Shown piece by piece: positions 39,254 through 49,406 of a DNA stretch of 64,000 nucleotides. The first letter of the stretch is position 1. The number at the start of each line of letters is the position of its first letter. The stretch comes from Spirochaetia bacterium (lineage in GTDB: Bacteria; Spirochaetota; Spirochaetia; UBA9216): NCBI GenBank assembly GCA_963677925.2, contig CAXXYH010000003.1, positions 352,001-416,000 on the forward strand, given 5' to 3'. The translations under genes were made by a program, and so were the position numbers. Below the pieces are notes generated by a model, which was given only the letters and a program-made list of their open reading frames with translations, did no database searches and had not been told where the DNA came from.

Positions 39254-40441
39254 TTACAATACCTGCCCAACACCTATAACCTGAAAAAAATCATATTCAC
39301 TATATATTATTCCCATAATCTCAACTATTTCATCTTTCTGATTTTTCAACGGAATTCCGAATAGAAGCAGTTCCTGAGTCTCATCATTTGAAATATACAA
39401 ATGCCTGGAGCTGCATGTTTCACCGGATTTAATAGTTTCATCAATGAGTTCACTCCAGTTTTCCGACAGTGAACCCCATACTTTCCCAACAGGTTTACCG
39501 TAAAAATCATTCGGCGGCATGCCTGTAATTGATTGTATTTGACTGTTTGCATACCTGATTTTTTTTTCGAGATCAAAAATAACTATTACAGCAGGAATAC
39601 TGTCAAGTGCAGAATTAAGCCGCTGCTGTGACTCAATAAGAGCAGATTCAGCTCTGTACCGTTTGGTAATATCACGGCCTATGCCCAGAACCCCTACAAT
39701 ACTGCCCTTCCGGTCATAGACCGGAGTTTTAATTGTTTCAAGAAGTATTTTATTTTTTCCATCAGGGAATTCTATCCACTCTTCGTTCATCGTGGGCTTA
39801 CCTGCTGCCATAGCTTTCTTATCATTTTTCCTGAAAAAATCAGCCTGCTTTGTATCAACAAAGTCATAATCGGTTTTTCCCCGGATTTCATTTTCTGAGG
39901 CACCGTAATAAGCTTCAAATTTTGGATTACATGAGAGGAAAACTCCATCTGAATCCTTCAGCCAGACCATATCAGGAATTGTATTGATAAGAAGTTTCAT
40001 TTTTGTATCTGACTCAATTACATTTACATTGGCGTTATATAGTTCAAATGCCATTTCGATTGACGATTCAAGAATAAAATCACCGGAATTCTTTAATAGA
40101 TATCCATACCGTGTTATTCCCCGGACTTTTTCAACCATTTCCCGTTCAGAATGCGAAGTCAGAAAAACAATCGGAATAAACTTATGGCGGAGTATTTCAC
40201 GGGCAGCCTCAGTTCCATCCATACCGTCACCAAGATCAATATCCATCAGGATCAGGTCGGCTTTTTCGTTCAGAGCTTTCTGTACGGCTTCATCACCTGA
40301 AACGGCAGTAATAACATCATATCCAAAAGATTGAATACTCACTTTTTCAGCCATCGCGATGATAACTTCGTCTTCAACGAGTAGTATAGTTTTTCTGCCT
40401 TCCTTTGACATAAGTTTCTCCCAATTATATTCGATGACCAT
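39254..40441 (-). CDS. REC-PAS-PAS signalling protein without output domain
   Basis: LLVEDE...LMDI receiver followed by two PAS domains; no kinase, HTH or GGDEF domain; start may be the later Met (MSKEG). Confidence 0.8.
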   Translation of the reverse strand: MVIEYNWEKLMSKEGRKTILLVEDEVIIAMAEKVSIQSFGYDVITAVSGDEAVQKALNEKADLILMDIDLGDGMDGTEAAREILRHKFIPIVFLTSHSEREMVEKVRGITRYGYLLKNSGDFILESSIEMAFELYNANVNVIESDTKMKLLINTIPDMVWLKDSDGVFLSCNPKFEAYYGASENEIRGKTDYDFVDTKQADFFRKNDKKAMAAGKPTMNEEWIEFPDGKNKILLETIKTPVYDRKGSIVGVLGIGRDITKRYRAESALIESQQRLNSALDSIPAVIVIFDLEKKIRYANSQIQSITGMPPNDFYGKPVGKVWGSLSENWSELIDETIKSGETCSSRHLYISNDETQELLLFGIPLKNQKDEIVEIMGIIYSEYDFFQVIGVGQVL

Positions 40442-40489
40442 GCCTGGGTTAACTATACTTTCTATTTTAAAGGGTATTTTTCTAAATGG

Positions 40490-42259
40490 CTACATTTTCT
40501 GTAAAAATGGTATACCTACAAGCTTAAATGCATTTTTAAGTACCTGCAGAACAGCCCTTGATAATTCAAGTCTGGCGAGTGCAAGCGCTTTATCTTCACA
40601 GTTAAGCACCGGATTATCATGGTAAAACCTTGAAAAATTCCTTGCAAGTTCATACAGGAAAGATGTAATTGCCGAGGGATTAAGCTCGGCACCTGCCTGA
40701 AAGACTGCTTCAGGGTATGATGAAAGATTTTTAAGCAGTTCCTTCTCGTCATCACCGTCAAGTAGGCTGTAGTCAGGATTAACTCCGTCAAAATCAGCCT
40801 TACGCTCTTCAAACTTCCTGAACATACTTGAGATTCTTGCTCCCATATACTGAAGATAGGGACCTGTATTTCCGTTAAAAGACAGAGATTCTTTAGGATT
40901 AAAGATCATATCTTTTGAAGGTGTGGTTTGGAGCAGATAGTAGTTCAGAGCTCCGAGTGCTATAGCCTTCGAAGTTTCTTCAAGATCTTCCACCTCATCT
41001 TCACGTTCCTTGTTTTTAATTTCATTTCCGGCAAGATTGATTAAATCTGCAACAAGATCATCTGCATCAACAACGGTACCTTCCCTTGATTTCATCTTGC
41101 CTTCTGGAAGGTTAACCATTCCATAGGAAAGATGAACAAGGTCTTCAGCCCATTTAAAGCCCAATTTTTTAAGGATATAAAAAAGAACCGCAAAATGATA
41201 CTTCTGTTCTGAACCGACAACATAAATCAGCTTGTCAAAGGGCCAGTCTTCATGTCTGGCCTTGGCGGTACCGATATCCTGGGTCATATAAAGAGAAGTG
41301 CCGTCTCCGCGCAGAAGGACTTTTTTATCGAGTTTTATTTCTGATAAATCTGCCCACACTGAACCATCCTCTTCCTTATAGAAGATTCCGTCTTCAAGTC
41401 CCTTCAGAACTTCATCCTTCCCGCTCGAATATGTTTTGCTTTCATAATAAACTCGATCAAAACTGATTCCGGTTTTATCATATGTTTCCTGAATTCCGTC
41501 AATTGTCCACTTATTCATGGTTTTCCAGAGTTCATTAACTTCAGTATCGCCGTCCTCCCAGGCCTTGAGCATTTGCTGAGCCTGCGGGAGTGCTTTATCA
41601 TCGGTTTTGGACCACTGATCGAACTTTACGTAATAATCGCCTACAAAATGGTCACTCTTGATATTCTCACTTTCCGGAGTAGTTCCATTACCGAATGTCT
41701 TGTATGCAAGCATTGATTTACATATATGAATGCCCCGGTCATTGATAAGGTTAACCTTGCATACTTCAGCACCGTTTTCTTCAATTATTCTGGAAACACA
41801 GGCACCGATTGAATCATTCCGTAAATGACCAAGATGAAGAGGCTTATTTGTATTCGGACATGAAAACTCAACCATAACCTTTTTTCCTGAATAAAGATCT
41901 GATTTACCATAGGATTCATTGTCACTGAATATCTTTTCCAGGATATCACCCGCATTAGAGGCAATATTAAGCCGGATATTTACATAAGGTCCTGCTGTCT
42001 CGGCTTTTCCAGCTCCGCTTACAGCTGAATCAGCATTTATAAGTCCTGCTACAGCTTCAGCTATCTGCTGCGGTGATTTCCTTAGAGTTTTTGCATATGG
42101 AAACATCGCAAAGGCAAAATCGCCCATATCCGGTTTAGGAGGATTACCGATCATTACTTCAGAAGCTGATGAAAGCTCTAATTCCAGCCCGCAGTCCTGC
42201 GCATGCTTCTTTAATGAGTTATAGATGTGTTCTTTCCAGACTTCCTTCATATCTGTCAT
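40490..42259 (-). CDS. argS: arginine--tRNA ligase
   Basis: PNTNKPLHLGH, GKMKSREG, GNTGPYLQY, C-terminal anticodon-binding domain. Confidence 0.97.
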   Translation of the reverse strand: MTDMKEVWKEHIYNSLKKHAQDCGLELELSSASEVMIGNPPKPDMGDFAFAMFPYAKTLRKSPQQIAEAVAGLINADSAVSGAGKAETAGPYVNIRLNIASNAGDILEKIFSDNESYGKSDLYSGKKVMVEFSCPNTNKPLHLGHLRNDSIGACVSRIIEENGAEVCKVNLINDRGIHICKSMLAYKTFGNGTTPESENIKSDHFVGDYYVKFDQWSKTDDKALPQAQQMLKAWEDGDTEVNELWKTMNKWTIDGIQETYDKTGISFDRVYYESKTYSSGKDEVLKGLEDGIFYKEEDGSVWADLSEIKLDKKVLLRGDGTSLYMTQDIGTAKARHEDWPFDKLIYVVGSEQKYHFAVLFYILKKLGFKWAEDLVHLSYGMVNLPEGKMKSREGTVVDADDLVADLINLAGNEIKNKEREDEVEDLEETSKAIALGALNYYLLQTTPSKDMIFNPKESLSFNGNTGPYLQYMGARISSMFRKFEERKADFDGVNPDYSLLDGDDEKELLKNLSSYPEAVFQAGAELNPSAITSFLYELARNFSRFYHDNPVLNCEDKALALARLELSRAVLQVLKNAFKLVGIPFLQKM

Positions 42260-42309
42260 GATCTGGTACCCTCCGGAGATGTATAGATAAAGTAGCTTAT
42301 AATGTCATA

Positions 42310-43026
42310 TTAAACTGATGGATTCAAGATACTGCCGACTATCATGCGGTTAAAGTTATCAGGACCTTCCCTTCTGAATGAGCCGAACCGTTTATCACAG
42401 CAAGTACAGTAATTTTTATCTGTAACCATACCAACTCCTTCATCAGCAAGGATTTTCAAATTTGCATTCTTTAGCGATAAATATGGACCGTCACTTTTTA
42501 TTACTACAGAGCTGCTTCCCCATTCTTTGGAAAATTTTTCCGCCCGGTTTTGATCTACTTTATAACAGCAGTCTCCTATTGAGGGTCCAAGTACAACGTG
42601 CAGCTCTTCCGGCTTACTTCCATAAATATCCTTCATAATGGATATTGCATTTTTAACTATTCCGGTTCCCTGCCACCCGCTATGAAGCAGAGTGCGTACC
42701 ATATTGTGGGAGTCATAGATAAATATAGGCATACAGTCTGCAACGGTAATAAGTGGAATTATCTTAGCTGAAGCTGTAACCATACCGTCTGCTTCTATAT
42801 GAACAATGCTTTCCCTATCTTCATAATCTGACACATTAACAACTTTGCGCGTATGCAGCTGAGTAACAGTACAGACTCTTGAATAATCAATTCCCATATC
42901 TTTAAAAAAACTGATTCTGTTAATGTTGCCTGTATCATCAGACTGCCCCATACTTCCGGCAGCCCTTAGCGACATAAAACATGTGCAGCCCCGGCCGTCA
43001 TTAAATAATTCTATATTAGTTTCCAA
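42310..43026 (-). CDS. pgeF: YfiH/PgeF (polyphenol-oxidase-like) family protein
   Basis: QLH, EADG, ADCMP, HSGWQG, GPSIGxCCY, CTCC, SFRR. Confidence 0.9.
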   Translation of the reverse strand: METNIELFNDGRGCTCFMSLRAAGSMGQSDDTGNINRISFFKDMGIDYSRVCTVTQLHTRKVVNVSDYEDRESIVHIEADGMVTASAKIIPLITVADCMPIFIYDSHNMVRTLLHSGWQGTGIVKNAISIMKDIYGSKPEELHVVLGPSIGDCCYKVDQNRAEKFSKEWGSSSVVIKSDGPYLSLKNANLKILADEGVGMVTDKNYCTCCDKRFGSFRREGPDNFNRMIVGSILNPSV

Positions 43027-43034
43027 AAATTTTA

Positions 43035-44711
43035 CTACCTGCCTTCTTCTTCTAGATCCATGATATCACCTAGAATCCGGCATGAATCTTCAAGTTTTGT
43101 GTACACATTATTAAGATCAATAATAAAATCACGGCTCTCTACAGTTACCAGACGGTTTATATTAGAAAGACTGTCGTACTGTCCTCCGGCCCTGCCGTGC
43201 AGAATTCCGTATAAAATCAGTTTAAGCATTGCCATTGCTTCAATTCCGGTACGGATTATCTCTCTAGCCTCCATATCAGCGGCTTCAATGAATGAAGCTT
43301 CTTTCTTCCTGCGTACACTTGTACCAGCCATTTCCTGCTCTATAGATGCAAGCTGAGAACCGATTTCACCCTGAGGAGACATTTTCTGATCAAATTTGTT
43401 AAGTTTCTCATACAAACCAAGAAGTCTGGAATATGAATCAGTAAAATCATCCTTATTCTGTTTTTTATAAAAGCGGCCGTCAACAAGAATTTTTTTTAAG
43501 ATCTCATTCATACTGGAACTGAACTGCTCTCTTATGAAATCATTTAAAAAGCCGGTACTGTACTGGTAGGTGTATTTATAATGTTCAAGTTCAGGCAGCT
43601 TATCACTCTTATTAAAACGCCTGAGTTCTTCATAAATTCTAAGTTTTCTTTTCTCAGCACTGTATTTACGAAAAGCAATATCAGCGAGATTATTCCAGTA
43701 TCTTGTATATATATTATACCAGTCTTCACCACCTGAAACCTTTACCGGCTGGTAGCCTATATTCTCAGTAATCAGCTTCATAAGCTTAACCGGCATAGTT
43801 CTCTTATTAAACTTTTTTACTGCCTCAAGATTTCTTTTTGAATTATTTAAAAATTTCTTAAGATCATTCTGAAAAGTTTCTTCATCGGTTTCCCGCAGAT
43901 CCTGATTCACAAACAGAAATATTGCTTCAAGTACGATAGCATCAGGCGATATTCTGAATGATGTCAGTATATTTGTCAGTTTTTCAAGCATGTTTCTTGC
44001 AGCACCGAAAAAACAATTTGTTTCACCGTTTTTAGCTCTCTCACGGAACTGCCCGAGCAAGGCTTCAAAATCATATGATACCAGTTCTCCCAGCAGATGC
44101 AGAGTCTGTGCGTGGAGATACATGGTTTTCCTTAAATCTCCTGATACCAGATCAAGAGTACTTTCCAGACTGATACTCACTTCACGTTTAATATCAGACA
44201 GATTACTTAAACCGGTTCTTTTTTCAGCTTCCTCAAAGGATACAGCCATGCTCAGCTGCTGATGAATTTCCGGCATCTGCAGACTCCCGAGAAAGATTAT
44301 AAAATCCTCACGGTTTGTGAAATATGAATTCTTCAGCCAGCTGTCAAAATACCGTACTGACTCTGCGAGTTTCAGCAGTTCCTCGCGGAAGGGAGGAAGA
44401 AGCTGTCCGTTTTTATACGAAATTATGCCGCCGCATTCCGATTTAATTTCCCGTTCTATTTTTTTTAAAATAATTTCTTCTGTCAGCTGAAGTTTATCCT
44501 CACCTGAGATTATGGATCTGAAAAAGATTATTATCCTTTCAATAAATCCCATAGAATAGAATTCTTTTTCAAGGTCCACTTCCTCTCCGCGGCTGAAATC
44601 AATCATGGGCTCCTGAAAAACCTCTACAGGACCGATTTTACTTAGCAGTTCCTTTCTTTCTACAGGCGTAAGTTCAAGTACTAATCTGTTAAATACATCT
44701 TTGTCTTTCAT
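43035..44711 (-). CDS. conserved helical hypothetical protein (DUF5312-like)
   Basis: Long ORF with GGEDW, GRFYK and YDSLSN motifs; ATG 44711 avoids overlap with the upstream gene; family assignment is from memory. Confidence 0.65.
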   Translation of the reverse strand: MKDKDVFNRLVLELTPVERKELLSKIGPVEVFQEPMIDFSRGEEVDLEKEFYSMGFIERIIIFFRSIISGEDKLQLTEEIILKKIEREIKSECGGIISYKNGQLLPPFREELLKLAESVRYFDSWLKNSYFTNREDFIIFLGSLQMPEIHQQLSMAVSFEEAEKRTGLSNLSDIKREVSISLESTLDLVSGDLRKTMYLHAQTLHLLGELVSYDFEALLGQFRERAKNGETNCFFGAARNMLEKLTNILTSFRISPDAIVLEAIFLFVNQDLRETDEETFQNDLKKFLNNSKRNLEAVKKFNKRTMPVKLMKLITENIGYQPVKVSGGEDWYNIYTRYWNNLADIAFRKYSAEKRKLRIYEELRRFNKSDKLPELEHYKYTYQYSTGFLNDFIREQFSSSMNEILKKILVDGRFYKKQNKDDFTDSYSRLLGLYEKLNKFDQKMSPQGEIGSQLASIEQEMAGTSVRRKKEASFIEAADMEAREIIRTGIEAMAMLKLILYGILHGRAGGQYDSLSNINRLVTVESRDFIIDLNNVYTKLEDSCRILGDIMDLEEEGR

Positions 44712-44733
44712 CTTGCTACAGTCATTTATCGGC

Positions 44734-45354
44734 TTATCGGCTGTATATATACACTCCCCGTTCCTGAGAAATAACAAAACCTACCTTTTCCATATAGCGT
44801 CTATGTATTTCAGAAGTATCAGCAGGAGCAGTTATTTCATAGGCGTCAGGAAACATTTCAGCTGCTTTTTTCAAAAAATATGCTGCATTCTTCATATCCC
44901 GGTACGCAGGTACGGCATAATCAAGATTTATTTTTATGGTGTTTTCCTCTTCTCTGTACAGAATAAGTGATGCAGGATTCATATCCCGAAGAACAAACAC
45001 TGCCTGTGATTTTTTAAAATCATTTTCACAGAAATCAGGTACAAATTTGCAAATATCAGCTCTGTAAAAATCAACAAATTTTTTAAGATATGGCGAATCT
45101 GCAGCGGAGTCTACTTTCATGATTTCAAAAAAGCTCTCCGTCCTGCTCATAGTGATAATATAGTAGAGATCAATGGCAACAATAAAACCGTTAAGTCCGG
45201 CAACCGGCCATGCTCTTATAAAGATTCCGTATACTGTAAAGGCCAACGATCCGACAAGATTCAGTATTCTGAGTTTTTTAACGTTCTTCTGCATCAGCGA
45301 TATAGCTACTATAACCGACGACAATGTTCCGAAATATTCTATAATCAGTTCCAT
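44734..45354 (-). CDS. YgjV-like inner-membrane protein with soluble C-terminal domain
   Basis: Three TM with LRILNLVGS; C-terminal LDYAVPAYRD...YMEKVGF resembles a GNAT-like fold. Confidence 0.75.
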   Translation of the reverse strand: MELIIEYFGTLSSVIVAISLMQKNVKKLRILNLVGSLAFTVYGIFIRAWPVAGLNGFIVAIDLYYIITMSRTESFFEIMKVDSAADSPYLKKFVDFYRADICKFVPDFCENDFKKSQAVFVLRDMNPASLILYREEENTIKINLDYAVPAYRDMKNAAYFLKKAAEMFPDAYEITAPADTSEIHRRYMEKVGFVISQERGVYIYSR

Positions 45355-45411
45355 ACTTTAAATTATAACAGCATGAACGTCCAATTCAAAACTTAAAATT
45401 CTATCATATGG

Positions 45412-45440
45412 TTGACAAAAGGCAGATTCCCTATTAATCT
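45412..45440 (+). promoter_or_regulatory. sigma70 promoter of the ilvBN-leuA-cimA operon
   Basis: TTGACA (45412-45417)-17 nt-TAATCT (45435-45440). Confidence 0.75.
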
Positions 45441-45446
45441 TTCATC

Positions 45447-45539
45447 ATGTTTAATAACATCGTTTCCGGCAAATCAATTATCTCTATACTCAGCATTATT
45501 ATTATTCTACTATCAGGCTACTCAATGCAGGGAGATTGA
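45447..45539 (+). CDS. Ile/Leu-rich attenuator leader peptide (30 aa)
   Basis: MFNNIVSGKSIISILSIIIILLSGYSMQGD, including the run ATT ATT ATT ATT CTA CTA; lies directly before a terminator. Confidence 0.85.
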   Translation: MFNNIVSGKSIISILSIIIILLSGYSMQGD

Positions 45540-45560
45540 CTTACCGGAAACTGAATTTCC

Positions 45561-45596
45561 AACCGTTCTTCCTGCAAGGGGGGAACGGTTTTTTTT
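45561..45596 (+). terminator. attenuator terminator
   Basis: AACCGTTCTTCCT-GCAA-GGGGGGAACGGTT plus T-run, ending just before the ilvB RBS; TGCAGGGAGA (45526-45535) can pair with TCTTCCTGCA (45567-45576) as an antiterminator. Confidence 0.85.
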
Positions 45597-45612
45597 ATTT
45601 AAGGAGGAAAAA

Positions 45613-47367
45613 ATGGTATTTAAAGGCTCTGAGCTTATCGTTGAAGCATTGCGCAGGGAAAATATCGACACAATTTTCGGCTATCCCGGCGGAGTAGTAA
45701 TACCAGTTTTCGACGTACTGTATGACGCCAAGGATATCAACGTAATCCTGACCAGACACGAGCAGGCTGCTGTTCATGCAGCTGATGCCTATGCAAGAAC
45801 TACCGGCAAAACCGGTGTATGTCTGGTAACCAGCGGTCCGGGTGTAACCAACACAATAACAGGACTTGCTACAGCAAATTTCGACAGTGTACCCCTTGTC
45901 TGTATATCCGGTCAGGTTCCAAGAAAAATGATTGGAAATGATGCTTTTCAGGAAGCCGACACAGTTGGTTTAACCAGACCGGTTACAAAACATAATTATA
46001 TAGTCACAGAAAGAGAGAAACTCGGTAAAACACTTAAAGATGCGTTTTACATAGCCTCAACCGGTCGTCCCGGCCCTGTTGTGATTGATATTCCGAAAGA
46101 TATCATTCTCCAGCCTGAAGAGGAAAGCTACCCTGAAACTGTAAGCATTATGGGCTATGCTCCGCCTGAGAAAGGTCATAAGGGACAGATAAAAAGGGCG
46201 GCGAATCTTATCAACAAGGCAAAGAAACCTGTCCTTTTTGCAGGCGGCGGAATCAATGTTGGAAATGCCGCTGAAGTTTTCCGTGAAATTGTAAAGAAAA
46301 CCGGAATCCCTGCAGTCAACTCACTTATGGGTATTGGTTCACTTGAAACAGAAAATCCGCTCAACCTCGGAATGCTTGGCATGCACGGAACATATGCTGC
46401 TAACAGGGCAATTACTGACAGCGACGTAATTTTCGGTATCGGTGTACGATTTGATGACAGGGTTACCATGGAGCTTGATAAATTTGCTCCCCATGCCAAG
46501 ATAGTCCATCTTGATATTGATCCCGCAGCTATAGCGAGAAATGTGGCCGTTGAAGTGCCCATCGTCGGTGACGCCCAGAGTGTTCTGACAGATATGCTAC
46601 CCATGCTTGAGCCGTTAGGCAATCCTGCATGGACAGAACAGATTAAGGCATGGAAGGAAGAAGCGGTTTGCAGAAATGCATATGAAGGCTTTCATTTAAA
46701 AGAGGAACCATCAGAACATTTAATGCCGCTTGAAGTTCTTGAAACTGTAAACAAGGCATTTCCGGAAGCAATTGTTACAACTGAAGTCGGGCAGAATCAG
46801 ATGTGGACAGCCCTTTACTGGGAATTTAAAAATCCGAGAACCTTCGTAACCTCAGGAGGACTTGGAACAATGGGCTACGGCTTTCCGGCAGCTGTAGGTG
46901 CTGCAATCGCAAACCGTGACAAGCGTGTAGTAGCAGTATCCGGCGACGGGTCATTCCAGATGAATCTTCAGGAAATGGCAACTGCGGTAAAAAACAACCT
47001 GCCGATCATCATCCTTATTCTCAACAACGGTTATCTTGGAATGGTAAGACAGTGGCAGAAAATGTTTCAGAAGGGACGGTATTCTTCCACACATCTTAAT
47101 GATTTAAAATATGACGGTGAAAAACCGGCTTATGAAGCGACTCCGGATTTCGTAAAGCTGGCTGAGGCATACACAGCCCGCGGTTTCAGAGTAAATACCA
47201 TTGATGAGCTTGAAAAAGCTCTTATAGAAATTAAAGATATAAATGACAAACCGGTTATTATTGACTGTATAATTGAACCTGAAGCAGATGTCTGGCCTAT
47301 GGTACCTCCTGGAGCCGGCCTGGGCGAAATGGTTTTCAGCCTTGATTCCGGGGAGGATAAAAAATGA
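45613..47367 (+). CDS. ilvB: acetolactate synthase large subunit
   Basis: FGYPGG, RHEQ, TSGPG, GDGSFQMN...NNGYLGMVRQWQ; AAGGAGG then ATG 45613 (the ORF-track start at 45412 is the promoter -35 box). Confidence 0.96.
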   Translation: MVFKGSELIVEALRRENIDTIFGYPGGVVIPVFDVLYDAKDINVILTRHEQAAVHAADAYARTTGKTGVCLVTSGPGVTNTITGLATANFDSVPLVCISGQVPRKMIGNDAFQEADTVGLTRPVTKHNYIVTEREKLGKTLKDAFYIASTGRPGPVVIDIPKDIILQPEEESYPETVSIMGYAPPEKGHKGQIKRAANLINKAKKPVLFAGGGINVGNAAEVFREIVKKTGIPAVNSLMGIGSLETENPLNLGMLGMHGTYAANRAITDSDVIFGIGVRFDDRVTMELDKFAPHAKIVHLDIDPAAIARNVAVEVPIVGDAQSVLTDMLPMLEPLGNPAWTEQIKAWKEEAVCRNAYEGFHLKEEPSEHLMPLEVLETVNKAFPEAIVTTEVGQNQMWTALYWEFKNPRTFVTSGGLGTMGYGFPAAVGAAIANRDKRVVAVSGDGSFQMNLQEMATAVKNNLPIIILILNNGYLGMVRQWQKMFQKGRYSSTHLNDLKYDGEKPAYEATPDFVKLAEAYTARGFRVNTIDELEKALIEIKDINDKPVIIDCIIEPEADVWPMVPPGAGLGEMVFSLDSGEDKK

Positions 47368-47879
47368 ATCATGTAATTTCACTTCTCGTTGAAAATAATG
47401 CCGGCGTGCTTGCCAGGATTTCCGGACTTCTCAGCGGACGGGGATATAATGTGGAAAGCTTCTCATCCGGCCCTACCCTCGACCCGGCAATTACAAGAAT
47501 AACACTGGTATGCCGTGGAGATGATACAATCATTGACCAGATAAAAAAACAGCTTAACAAGCTTATTGAAGTTATCAAGGTTACCGATCTTACAAGCAAA
47601 GACACTATCGCAAGACAGTTTGCACTGATTAAGATATCAGTACTTCCGGGGAACCGTGGAGAAATAATACAGCTGGCTGAAGTCTTTGATGCAAAGGTTA
47701 TGGATGTCGGCAGTAATACGATGGTTCTTGAGATTACCGGCAGCGCAAAAAAAATCGATGATCTTGTTATGCTTTTGGACGGCCACGTTTCTGAAATTGC
47801 AAGAAGCGGCCTGGTCTCTATAGAAAGAGGAAGAAAGATAAGCGGTACTGCTAAAAGTGCCAGGGAAAAGGAGTATTAG
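47364..47879 (+). CDS. ilvN: acetolactate synthase small subunit
   Basis: VENNAGVLARISGL, QIKKQLNKLIEV, EIARSG. Confidence 0.95.
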   Translation: MNHVISLLVENNAGVLARISGLLSGRGYNVESFSSGPTLDPAITRITLVCRGDDTIIDQIKKQLNKLIEVIKVTDLTSKDTIARQFALIKISVLPGNRGEIIQLAEVFDAKVMDVGSNTMVLEITGSAKKIDDLVMLLDGHVSEIARSGLVSIERGRKISGTAKSAREKEY

Positions 47880-47884
47880 ACATT

Positions 47885-49405
47885 ATGGAAAATATCAGGA
47901 TTTTTGACACCACGCTCAGAGACGGAGAACAGGCGCCCGGCGCGTCTATGACCATTGAACAGAAATATGAATTCGCACTTCAGCTTTCAAGGCTCGGTGT
48001 TGATATTATAGAAGCAGGTTTTCCGGTTTCTTCTCCCCATCAATTTGACGCCTGTAAGCTTATTGCTGAAAATGTAAAAGGAACAACCATTTGCGGACTT
48101 GCAAGGGCTGTTGAAAAGGATATTGACGCAGCTTATGAGTCAATAGGCAAGGCTGAAAATCCAAGACTTCACACCTTTATTGCAACATCACCAATCCATA
48201 TGAAATACAAACTGAACATGGAACCGGATAAAGTTGTAGAAAATGCTGTAAAGGCAGTCACCTATGCCAGAAACAAATTTCCCGAGGTTGAGTTTTCTCC
48301 GGAAGACGGAACAAGAAGCGAGCTTGAGTTTCTTTACAGAATTCTTGAAAAGGTAATTGATGCCGGAGCAACAATCCTGAACATCCCAGATACTGTCGGT
48401 TACACAATGCCTGATGAATACGGTTCATTTATAAGTTCAATCATGAATAATGTTCCGAATATTGATAAGGCTATCATAAGCGTTCATTGTCACAATGACC
48501 TTGGAATGGCTGTAGCTAACACTCTTTCAGCTATAAAGAACGGCGCAAGGCAGGCAGAGGTTTCTGTTAACGGTATAGGAGAAAGAGCCGGTAATGCAAG
48601 CCTTGAAGAGCTGGTTATGGCACTTAATGTAAGAAAGGATATTCACGGTATCGAAACAGGAATCGATACGAAGCAGCTGTATTACACTTCAAGAATGCTT
48701 TCGATGATCATCGGCAGTCCGCTTCCCAGAAACAAGCCCATTGTAGGCGCCAATGCCTTCAGCCATGAATCAGGAATACATCAGGACGGAATGCTTAAAA
48801 ACCGTGAAACTTATGAGATAATGACTCCTGAATCTGTAGGACGTGAAAACAGTGAGATTGTACTTGGAAGACATTCAGGCAAACACGGTTTCAAAAAGCG
48901 GATCGGAGAACTTGGAATTGCCCTTTCTGATGAGGAAATGGATTCAGCTTTTCAGGTATTTCTTAAACTGGCTGACAGAAAGAAAGAAGTATTTGATGAA
49001 GATATACTTTCTATCTGCGGTTCTGTACTTGGAAAAGAAACCTCAATTTATTCTCTTGAGTATTTTAAGATGTCTGTAGGTACTAACATGACTCCTACTG
49101 CTGAAGTAAAGATTAAAATAGAAGGTGAAACCTTTGAAGGTTCAGCCGAGGGTGACGGTTCGGTTTCCGCAATTTTTAATGCTTTGGAAAAAGCCACCGG
49201 GATACAGACTAAACTCGAAGAATATCATGTTCACGCAGTGACTTCCGGAAAACTTGCTATCGGAGAAGTTAATATTACAGTTGATATTGCAGGCAAGAAA
49301 TTCCAGGGTAAGGGTTCTTCAACCGATACCATGAAAGCAAGCGCCAGAGCGTATATAAGCGCACTTAACCGGTATAAAATGGCGCAGCAGAATAACGGGG
49401 CATAA
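47885..49405 (+). CDS. leuA: 2-isopropylmalate synthase
   Basis: FDTTLRDGEQAPG, HCHNDLG, GERAGNA, HESGIHQDG. Confidence 0.95.
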   Translation: MENIRIFDTTLRDGEQAPGASMTIEQKYEFALQLSRLGVDIIEAGFPVSSPHQFDACKLIAENVKGTTICGLARAVEKDIDAAYESIGKAENPRLHTFIATSPIHMKYKLNMEPDKVVENAVKAVTYARNKFPEVEFSPEDGTRSELEFLYRILEKVIDAGATILNIPDTVGYTMPDEYGSFISSIMNNVPNIDKAIISVHCHNDLGMAVANTLSAIKNGARQAEVSVNGIGERAGNASLEELVMALNVRKDIHGIETGIDTKQLYYTSRMLSMIIGSPLPRNKPIVGANAFSHESGIHQDGMLKNRETYEIMTPESVGRENSEIVLGRHSGKHGFKKRIGELGIALSDEEMDSAFQVFLKLADRKKEVFDEDILSICGSVLGKETSIYSLEYFKMSVGTNMTPTAEVKIKIEGETFEGSAEGDGSVSAIFNALEKATGIQTKLEEYHVHAVTSGKLAIGEVNITVDIAGKKFQGKGSSTDTMKASARAYISALNRYKMAQQNNGA

Positions 49406-49406
49406 G

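Noticed and set aside
45412-45612. 67-aa N-terminal extension of IlvB in the track; also considered a T-box
   Set aside because: The start is the -35 box and the region holds the leader peptide and terminator; no T-box consensus (GGTGGNACCGCG) is present
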